From positions 930,001-994,000 of the forward strand of contig OZ237740.1 of assembly GCA_965178125.1 (NCBI GenBank): 64,000 nucleotides of DNA, written 5' to 3'. How positions within the stretch are numbered: the stretch's first letter is position 1; each line of letters starts with the position of its first letter. The notes under the pieces are model-generated. The model did no database searches, was not told where the DNA came from, and saw only the letters and a program-made list of their open reading frames with translations. Positions 39,678 to 49,900 of this stretch are shown one piece after another. This stretch comes from Bilabrum cf. latius (taxonomy: Eukaryota). The translations under genes and the position numbers were made by a program.

Positions 39678-39789
39678 TTAAGATGGTCGACCAACAAATT
39701 TCGCAAAACTTGGTTTGCCGGTGGTGTGTGACTCGAGCGCTAGAACACAACCTTCGTAATCTGCACACTCAGCCAAACACCACGACCCA

Positions 39790-42207
39790 ATGGTCTTTAC
39801 GGTGGGACTGCTAGCAATAGTTGCAGCTTTTGGTCTCGTACGCGCCACTTCCGTTTGCATGCTCTCAAAGTCTGTGTACCATCTGCCCGAGTTGCACTTT
39901 CAGCCTCGGGACGACTGGATCAACGTGAAAACGGATGAAAATGCCAAAGGCGATGGTGTAGCAGACGACACTGATCCTATTCAAAGAGCTTTTAGTCGAA
40001 TACAGGACAACGTGCAGGCGAACGGAACCAAAACGGTGTATTTTCCCCCTGGATGCTACAGGATCCGCAAAACTCTGGTTGCCAACCACACCCAGGGCGG
40101 CAACGTCTTTGGCACTGGTCGCAACACGGTGATTGCATGGGACGGTGATGCAGATGACCAGATGGTCTGGAGCGATGGAGCAGGGCGATTTCGTTGGGAG
40201 GGCTTGGTGTTCGCGGGCAGAGGCATCGCCGGTGTGGGCCTAGATCACGATTCGAAGTCTTACTACGAGTCCAGGGTGATGCATAGAAATCTTCACTTTG
40301 ACAATTTTACCGCTGCCGGCTTGCGAGATGGGCACAATCAGACCGTAGCTTCGGCGGAGATGATAGTTTCAAACAGCCTCTTCACTGCGGGTAACTCCGG
40401 GATCTCTTTCTTGCAATGGAACGACTACGACCTTCGCCTGACGGGGTCCGTGTTTTCCAATCTATAGATCGGAGTCAATGCCCAGGCCGGCAACTTTTAC
40501 GTCGACATGTGCAGGTTCGAGGGCTCGACAGACGTGGACATTGTCGTGCCCATCCACGGCCTGAGCGTCCGTCGATCCATCTCTCTGGGTTCCACAAGCT
40601 TCATTCGAACTACAAGCGGCACATATGCTGCCCCCATTATCATCAACGACTGCCAGGTTCACGGGTGGACAGGGACGGCAGCGATCAGCACGGACATAGC
40701 GGGGCCATTCACTGTGCTTGACCTGGCATTCCGGGACCCTGTCAATCCGTTCGCCGACGGGTGGGTGCTGAACCCAAGGGTCGGATCCAACACAACCGGG
40801 CCGGCCTATTCGATCATGCTCCGAGGAAACGTGTCGTACAACGGCAACGGCAGCGCGTTCAACTACCAGCCAGGGACCGCCCTCCTCGCCACCGAAGTGC
40901 AAGTCCCAAAGAGCGCGCCGCCGACTGCCCCGATATCGCGCGATACTGTGCCGTTCAATTCAAGCGAGTGGAATCGCTGGCCAAGAGGTCGAGTCTATGA
41001 TGCGGTGACCCAATTCGGCGCGCGAGCGGACGGCTCGCAGGACTCCACTCTGGCTATTCAGGCGGCCGTCGACCACGCCTCTACAGAAGGCGCAACGTCC
41101 GTCGCTTACCTCCCACCAGGAAAGTACATGATCAATGACACGATCAATGTCACCGGGTCGGATTTTTTCTTCGAGGGCAGCGGATACGGGACCATGTTGA
41201 CCGCAAACACCGAGCACTGGAGCGACTTCGGCAAGCCGCTCATTTCGGTTGGCTGCGCGAGCGGGGTCACCATCGGAAACATGCAAGCAGTCGCCGGCGG
41301 GGTTAATGAGAGTGCAGTGGGGTCCTTAAGGCTGGGAGCATGCAGTGCTAGCGACTAGTCGACCGTTGGTGGCACGCTCACCCCTGTTTCCCGATCCAGT
41401 GCCAGTGGGTCGCCATCGTCAGGTCGGATATCGCAGCGTGTCACTCTGGACGGATTCTTCGGGCAGGACGACCCAACCAAGAACCAGCCCGGTGTGGAGC
41501 TAGCTGGCCTGGGCCAGGGCGATGTTGTGCATGCGCTGCACCTGGATGGCTCACTCCGTGTGAGCAACTGCTCCGATGCCACGGTGCTCACCAACTTCCA
41601 TTGCGGGCAGGGGCTGACGGTGGAGGACGCGAGAGGAGACCGCGGGGGTTAGCTGGTGCAGCTGGTCCGCGTGTCTAGCGCCAAGTATCCTGTCGTTGAC
41701 ATCAGGGACTCGCTATCTGCGACGCTGCTGGACCACTACCACGAGGGTCAAGGAACGTTCATGAAGCTCTAGGGCGAGGCTCCGCCAGGCAAAAACCCCG
41801 GTATCGTGTCCGTCTCCAACCCCAAGCTCAACATCGGGGGCATCGCTGGAGCGCCGACCGTGCTGCTGCAGGATTTCGACGGGTTTGTGGCGCACACTGC
41901 TTCAGGCACTGGCTATGAGCAGGCGTCGTATTTGGAGTCAGGCACCAGGGCGAGCGCATCATCAATCCTGCTCGGTGGCAACGTGTACGACGATTTCGTG
42001 CCAGTCCTTCACTTCAGGAAGCCGAAGGAATCGCTGGTGCTTGCCGGTAATGTCGTTGAGTTTCTCGGCAACGACAGCCAGGTTCGCATCCCGGAAGCGG
42101 CGCCATCGCCCGCTGCACAGGCCGCATGGGAAGCTTTCTACACGGCCATTCGGCAGGCTGGGCAGCTCGATGTTCAGCTGAACTTCCCATAGCTCTCCCA
42201 TGATTGA
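39790..42207 (+). CDS. Secreted pectate-lyase-3 / GH55-like right-handed beta-helix protein with two helix starts, 805 aa, intronless
   Basis: Signal peptide; INVKTDENAKGDGVADDTDPIQRA...VYFPPGCYRI and DAVTQFGARADGSQDSTLAIQAAVD...YLPPGKYMI. Five in-frame TAGs, then TGA at 42205-42207. Confidence 0.8.
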
Positions 42208-42292
42208 GTATCGCGTTGGAGCTACGCCGCCACCTCCATCATGGAGCGCCAACAGCTGTTTGTAACGTATTGTGACTGGATAATACCAACGA

Positions 42293-42372
42293 AAATCTGC
42301 CAAATTCTGCCAGTTTCTGCCAGTTCTTGCCAAGAGCTGCCAGAATTCTGGCAGGACTTTTCTGGCCAGAAA
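42293..42372 (+). repeat. Left CTGCCA ~10-bp repeat cluster with two perfect palindromes
   Basis: About five (C/T)TGCCA units. CTGCCAGAATTCTGGCAG (42337-42354) and TTTCTGGCCAGAAA (42359-42372) are self-complementary. Confidence 0.75.
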
Positions 42373-44149
42373 TAGTCAATGACAGCCAGTACAGCCAGAA
42401 ATACTTGTGGTCAGACACACCATATATTGCACAGCGATGGACATGATTCACTTTAAATACTAAAATAAAAGACACTGCTGCGGGTACACGCCCTCAAGGG
42501 CGATACATGGGGCCAGTATTGACGAAAGCACAAATTCTCCCGCAGCACGTGAGCGCCCAGCTGCTGACACAGTGCTGAGTGCAAGTCTAACCAAAACAGC
42601 TTGAACTGCTTCACTTATTAGTACATACCATATTGCTGTATTCAAAGCGGTCAGGTCTGGGCAGATAGTCCGTTTGATGATGCTGGATGTATCGAGCTGC
42701 TGACAAGATGCCAGGTCTGACAAATTCTGCGAGCACTTCATCCTCATACTACAAGAGAATACTTTAATTACTAATAAACATCAATTGACGACCGCATATG
42801 CCGCTGTTGTGGGATGGTCAGTATCTGGAGTGTGTGTTGCTGTTGAGCGGTTTGCTCTCCATACACTCCGCGCAAATCATACGAAGAAAATGTACTGTCG
42901 CAAGCAGGTAAAGCTAGCACCTATCATACAGTGTATGTTGGCGTCGAGGTCTAGCAGTAGTCTTGCACCCAAGAAGGACATCTGCTTCAGTGTGCGTGTT
43001 TGCCCAATCCAAGGTGATTGCGGAAGCCTCTCAAGCAAGGGAAATCAGTTCAGTGCCTACCGAGCGATGCGTAAGTAGACTTGATGCCATGGGGGTAGTT
43101 CTGGGAATCGGCAACATGGTGGAGCTCCGGGGTGGCCAGCTGATGTAGATTCAATCGCGATCATAGAAGTGGGCAGACGCGCTGGGTTGCCGTTTGGTGC
43201 ATACTCGGAGGCGTCCTATTCCGCTCCATGCACCGTCTAGTCCTTTATCTTGTAGGTTCACGCGCGCAGCAAGGCACTAGTGCGGGTGGGCGTAGAGCGG
43301 ATTTCAAGAGGATAGTTGACAACGACAGATATCCAGCCACCTGCGTTACAACCTGCAATCATGGATAGTCGATACTGAATCCCCATCCTGAGTCATGTAA
43401 ATTGCCCGATACTAAGCCCTTGGGGTCTATAGATAACTGTAGTATCAATGGATTGCAGGAGGGCGACCTCTCGGAACGCAACGTTCAAAGATGGAGGCAG
43501 CCAATGATATCATGTTTACTCGGACATTAGGATTGAAGCGACGGGGAGCAGAGATGAGCTGGAAGACGAGGCAGGCACAGGCGAGGATAGTGCGGTGTCA
43601 ATAGGTAGAACACAACGGGAGGAATGGGGCCCCAGGCGCCAGGCACAAGGGATACGCGAGTGGTAGCGGGCTGCATGGTAAGCAGCGCACAGGTGGCCAA
43701 CAGGCAGGTGGGTAGACGAGGCGCAGGGGAAGGTCGGCCAAGACCTGCACGTGCTAGCTGTGGTTTAAGGAACAAATCTGATCTCAAGCCTAGGTCTAAG
43801 TTCAACTCTAGGATGCGGCCCAGTGGCAGCGCATCAGAGCAGTTCAAGCGAGACGAGTAGGCTCGTCGTAGGCCTATCCATAGGATCGGATAGAAGAATC
43901 TCAGGTGGCGACGTCCAGCCTTGTACAATGCATGATAATACAGCGGAGGCGAATTGGAATCGAGAAACAAGTGGTGCTAGACATTGTCTAAACGAGCGGC
44001 TTATATGCGCAAAGCAATCAGGATCCATCAGATCACGATAAACAAAACAAGTGATCAACAAGATAACAATACACGAATAAGCAACTCAAGTGGCAAAAAA
44101 AACAAGTAATGAAATATTACAAACCCAACATCAATCTAAATATATCGCA

Positions 44150-46355
44150 AGCCCTCCCTCCCCCTCTCCACCTCACACCCGGCCAGCCACAGCACCAGCT
44201 CGCACTGCCCTCGAGGACATGACGCCGATACTGCACATGGCTCCCTCCCCCTCTCCACCTCACACCCGGTCGCCCACAGCACCAGCTCGCACTGCCCTGG
44301 AGGACATGACGCCGATACTGCACATGGCTCCCTCCCCCCTCTCCACCTCACACCCGGTCGCCCACAGCACCAGCTCGCACTGCCCTGGAGGACATGACGC
44401 CGATACTGCACACGGCTCTCGTCCCCCTCTCCACCTCACACCCGGTCGCCCACAGCACCAGCTCGCACTGCCCTCGAGGACATGACGCCGATACTGCACA
44501 TGGCTCCCTCCCCCCTCTCCACCTCACACCCGGTCGCCCACAGCACCAGCTCGCACTGCCCTGGAGGACATGACGCCGATACTGCACACGGCTCTCGCCC
44601 CCCTCTCCACCTCACACCCGGTCGCCCACAGCACCAGCTCGCCCTGCCCTCGAGGACATGACGCCGATACTGCACACGGCTCCCTCCCCCCTCTCCACCT
44701 CACACCCGGTCGCCCACAGCACCAGCTCGCACTGCCCTCGAGGACATGACGCCGATACTGCACATGGCTCCCTCCCCCCTCCCCACCTCACACCCGGTCG
44801 CCCACAGCACCAGCTCGCACTGCCCTCGAGGACATGACGCCGATACTGCACACGGCTCCCTCCCCCCTCTCCACCTCACACCCGGTCGCCCACAGCACCA
44901 GCTCGCACTGCCCTCGAGGACATGACGCCGATACTGCACATGGCTCCCTCCCCCCTCCCCACCTCACACCCGGTCGCCCACAGCACCAGCTCGCACTGCC
45001 CTGGAGGACATGACGCCGATACTGCACATGGCTCTCGTCCCCCTCTCCACCTCACACCCGGTCGCCCACAGCACCAGCTCGCACTGCCCTGGAGGACATG
45101 ACGCCGATACTGCACACGGCTCCCTCCCCCTCTCCACCTCACACCCGGCCAGCCACAGCACCAGCTCGCACTGCCCTGGAGGACATGACGCCGATACTGC
45201 ACACGGCTCCCTCCCCCCTCCCCACCTCACACCCGGTCGCCCACAGCACCAGCTCGCACTGCCCTGGAGGACATGACGCCGATACTGCACATGGCTCTCG
45301 TCCCCCTCTCCACCTCACACCCGGTCGCCCACAGCACCAGCTCGCACTGCCCTGGAGGACATGACGCCGATACTGCACATGGCTCCCTCCCCCTCTCCAC
45401 CTCACACCCGGCCAGCCACAGCACCAGCTCGCACTGCCCTGGAGGACATGACGCCGATACTGCACACGGCTCCCTCCCCCTCTCCACCTCACACCCGGTC
45501 GCCCACAGCACCAGCTCGCACTGCCCTCGAGGACATGACGCCGATACTGCACATGGCTCCCTCCCCCCTCCCCACCTCACACCCGGTCGCCCACAGCACC
45601 AGCTCGCACTGCCCTCGAGGACATGACGCCGATACTGCACACGGCTCCCTCCCCCCTCTCCACCTCACACCCGGTCGCCCACAGCACCAGCTCGCCCTGC
45701 CCTGGAGGACATGACGCCGATACTGCACACGGCTCTCGTCCCCCTCTCCACCTCACACCCGGTCGCCCACAGCACCAGCTCGCACTGCCCTGGAGGACAT
45801 GACGCCGATACTGCACACGGCTCCCTCCCCCCTCTCCACCTCACACCCGGTCGCCCACAGCACCAGCTCGCACTGCCCTGGAGGACATGACGCCGATACT
45901 GCACATGGCTCCCTCCCCCCTCTCCACCTCACACCCGGTCGCCCACAGCACCAGCTCGCACTGCCCTCGAGGACATGACGCCGATACTGCACACGGCTCC
46001 CTCCCCCTCTCCACCTCACACCCGGTCGCCCACAGCACCAGCTCGCACTGCCCTCGAGGACATGACGCCGATACTGCACACGGCTCTCGTCCCCCTCCCC
46101 ACCTCACACCCGGTCGCCCACAGCACCAGCTCGCCCTGCCCTGGAGGACATGACGCCGATACTGCACATGGCTCTCGTCCCCCTCCCCACCTCACACCCG
46201 GTCGCCCACAGCACCAGCTCGCACTGCCCTCGAGGACATGACGCCGATACTGTACATGGCTCCCTCCCCCCTCCCCACCTCACACCTGGTCGCCCACAGC
46301 ACCAGCTCGCACTGCCCTGGAGGACATGACGCCGATACTGCACACGGCTCCCTCC
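44150..46355. repeat. Tandem minisatellite, 25 copies of an 87/88-bp unit
   Basis: Unit CTCCCTCCCC(C)TCTCCACCTCACACCCGGTCGCCCACAGCACCAGCTCGCACTGCCCT(C/G)GAGGACATGACGCCGATACTGCACA(C/T)GG. I counted 25 occurrences of GAGGACATGACGCC by hand. Confidence 0.97.
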
Positions 46356-46768
46356 TCTTTTGCACCTCGCAATCGGTTGTTGGTTGGCGTTTCCATTGAG
46401 TAGTTGTTGTACAACAATGAGTTGAGTTCAATGCGGGAAAAGGATCTGTATTAGATAGGGAAGGCATATATATTCAGATCCGGTGCTACTTATCATTAAC
46501 TACAACTACATTATCGTAGATTAACAGTTAAAATTAGTCAGCGGTTGACACGCTAAGACAAGAGTGAACACAAACAACTTGAAGGTTTTGCGATAGCTTA
46601 CAGTCGAACAAGTCCATATCTTCCCTAAATACCAGAAAACACAAGCATAGCTGTAGCACGCTGCCTAAACATGAACGATAGTTAGCAAATTTGAAAACCA
46701 GTAAGTGTTGGTATCCAGTTTTCGCCATGTCCTTGTAGCCATTCTAACAGCCGTGCAATGCATTTTTC

Positions 46769-46845
46769 TTTCTGGCAGGAACTGGCAGGAACTGGCAGAA
46801 ACTGGCAGAAACTGGCAGAAATTCTGGCAGAAATTCTGGCAGAAC
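46769..46845 (+). repeat. Right CTGGCAG 10-12-bp tandem repeat, seven copies, inverse of the left cluster
   Basis: tctggcagga actggcagga actggcagaa actggcagaa actggcagaa attctggcag aaattctggc agaa. Confidence 0.85.
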
Positions 46846-46963
46846 GGTTCCGTCAGACACAATACAGCGACAACACGCGCCGGAATTGTGGCTCCGGGCG
46901 ACACGCTTTGCGATCCCCAACAAAACAAATATTCGCGGTGCCCTGACTTCTTCCGAGACTACA

Positions 46964-49900
46964 ATGTCCTCTGCGCCAAATATTCACGTAGTAGTATCAT
47001 CCGTACTTCCATCGGTTGCAGTGGAGGATATTTGCACACCCGAGTTGAAGTACCCACACACGCTTGATCTTGAACTTCAAATTGGAGCTGCTCCATGCGG
47101 GTTACACTCGCAACCTTTGCCCTCCATGAACGTTTGGTGGCTTTGCGTTAGCGAAGATATTTCATTAATTGGAATATGCTGCACTCAAGAAAGACGGGGT
47201 TCCAAAAAACGAAAGCGAACGGCCGGTACACTTGGAGAGTCGGCGGATGCTGCAAAAAAGTGGTTTGCAGCGCAAATGAAGGCGTCGGGTGAAGTCTCCC
47301 CACGAATCACATGTTTTCCTGTCTCTAGGTCTTCATATTTGCTCGGGCCCATGCTTCGACTGGGCAATAGGCACAACTGCTTGTCGCTTGCACATTTGAA
47401 GCGGGGCGATGCAGCGATCGATGCGAACAGGGTCACGCTGGTGTGGGGAATGGAGCATGGAAGGGACGTGAATTGGGAGGGACTTATATCCGACGGCCTG
47501 CGACATGACTTTGTGCAGCTGGCCCGCGTGACTGATCACCCGGCCATTCGTTCCCCTGTCGTGCGCGGAGCTGTGCTAGGGCATGCCAAGCAGGCCGGGA
47601 CTGGTGGTCGAGATGGATGGCTCTGCCAGCACATTGAGTCGGGTATCGATCCAGAGGAGGCTGAGTCTCGGTATGCCCGCCGAAGCCCAGCGCTGTCCCA
47701 GGGAAGCGAATCGCCCGGCTCATGCTCATGCTCGCCCACGCACTCGCCCATAGTACTCGCTTGCCTCAGGCATCCTGACCGAGTGCAGCGGCTGGCATAC
47801 CGCCTAGCCCGGGCCAATCGTCTGGAGGGCAGGCTCACCAGGCAGAGCGCGGCGGCATCGTCGGCTGAGATGCTTTACGGCCTGCCTCTGCCCCCAGTGC
47901 GGGGGCTCACCGCGAGGGAGCGTGACTTCCTCTCCCCCCTGCCTCGAACGCTGCGGCCAGACTAGAACAGGTCGCTAGCGTTCCTGCGGGAGATCGAGCA
48001 CGATGGGTGCGTTATCCGGCAGCCGCCCGCAGCTGCTTTGCACGAAGCTGACCTTTGCACCAGCGAGTCGTTCGGATCCGCGTTCGAGGTTCCGATCCGT
48101 GCTGGGTCGGGTATGTAGCAGTCGTAGCGTGCCATGAACAGTAGCGATTCGGGCCGATATGATGATAAGGAAGACTCTGCCGCTAGTGCAGGTCGCACAG
48201 GTGGTGCAGATGCGGGTGATGGACCTGTGTCCTTATCGAGTCAGGCCAGCTCAGCAGCGGGCGCTAGCTCTGGAGTCGCTGAACCTGCTGCCTCTGAATC
48301 AGCCGATGATACTGCCGGGACCATACAGACTGGCCTGTGCGTGACGGTGAAGCTATGGTCTTCCCCCTCGGTAATCAGACGGCCTGCACTCTCCGAGATC
48401 TTCAGCGAGCACCGGTTCAACTTTTACTTCCGGCGCATCCCCTTCGCACATTCGTCAAGGCTGCTGTCGCTGCGTGGCTCCCCGTCCCGTTCTAGTGCGG
48501 CATCTCCATTGCGCTCTTCGGAATAGGCGGGCACCTCACTGCAGCACGACGAAGTTGGCTCGAGAACCAGCTCTGTGGCTGGGACTGCAATCTATTACAA
48601 CACAGTCGCGCAGAACCACATCGAAACAGATTCTTCGATCCGGCGGGGCTGGCAACTCCACCGCTGGAATGGCGGTGGTGTGCTGGCAAGCGAGATGGGC
48701 TTGGGCAAGACCAGCGTGGCGGTTGGGCTCGTCTACCTAGACGTTGTCGATCCCGCTCGCAGCACTGGGAGGGTGCTGCAATCGGAACAGATAGCTGCGC
48801 AGCTGAACGCCCCAGTGGCGCAGGCGCTCTTCAAGGCCGCCGGCCGCGGCGAGATCGTTGGGTTTGCGCAGAGTCAGGAGCAGCAGGAGGAGTCCCGAAG
48901 GCATGCAATGGCAAGGTACCTGGGTCTGCCCGCCCCCACTTCGAATGCGGAGCTAGCCATGAAGCGAGCAGTGTGGTTTGGCGAAGTCGACGACATGCGC
49001 ATGCCCAAGCATCCTAGGGGCTTCGGATCTCACTACGTTGTGGACTCTGACATCCTGTCCTCGGTGGTCGCTGTGCCAAAGAGTGCGTCTAGTGCGCATG
49101 CGGATGGTACGGACGATCTGGAGGATCTGGAAGATAACATGTCGGAGTGCAGCGTCGAGTTCTTGCTGGAGGAGCATGGCGAGGTCATGGACATGAGGGA
49201 GGTATGCAAGCGCGCTGAGACTGTCACTAAAGGGACAACAAAGGGCCGGCGGGGATCTGCTACCAAGAGGGCAGAGCTTGGCTCGACTTCGTCGTTCAAA
49301 GCTACCTTGGACCAGGCCGGGGAGGTCCCATCGAAAGGCTCTCGCTGGAGCGATGGCACTAAGCTGGCAAGCAGCGCCTCGATTGAGGTGCTGGATGAAA
49401 GCGACGATGAGCAAAGCAGCGCTGGAGTCGTTCGACCCCAAGGATGGTCATCCATCCAGCCTGTGCAGGATCGTCTTGTGGACCGCAAGGGCCCAGTCAG
49501 CGTGATGCAAACCACCAGGCGAGACAATCTGATCTAGACTCAATCAACGCTGATCGTGGTTGATTCGGTTCTCTTGGATCAGTGGGTGAAGGAGATTCGG
49601 GCGACTGTTGGTAAACGGCTACGGGTGCACGTTTATTGCGGCATTTCGCAGACTGGCACCCTGCGGCCAGGGACCGATTGGGACCAGGTGCTGCGGTTAT
49701 ACCGGGCGTCGTACGGCTCCAATCCGGATCAGAGCGGGCCCGGTGATGCTAGGCCAGGTCTACCCTCGATGGAGTCCACCGATCGAAATGCAGATAGATT
49801 TGCCGCGCAGAGCGAAGCAACGTTGACACCATAGGAGCACAAGGACTTGATCTAGCTGCGGTTACTCCGCAGCTGCGGCCTGCTGCCGGATGGTCCGCAC

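Larger units (their letters stand above)
42267..46865. mobile_element. Candidate non-autonomous element or island bounded by imperfect inverted repeats
   Basis: The left end (GTATTGTGACTG followed by repeated TTCTGCCA) mirrors the right end (repeated CTGGCAG(G/A)AA followed by CAGACACAATAC). The arms are AT-richer and contain no recognisable gene. No transposase was seen. Confidence 0.45.

Noticed and set aside
42460-44061. Short ORFs inside the island as transposase or viral genes
   Set aside because: I recognised no DDE, reverse transcriptase, integrase or capsid motifs.
44150-46355. CRISPR array, or a coding repeat (RTALEDM resembles a D-box)
   Set aside because: There are no unique spacers or cas genes and the context is eukaryotic. 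Mixed 87/88-bp units shift the frame repeatedly, so the many short ORFs are artefacts.
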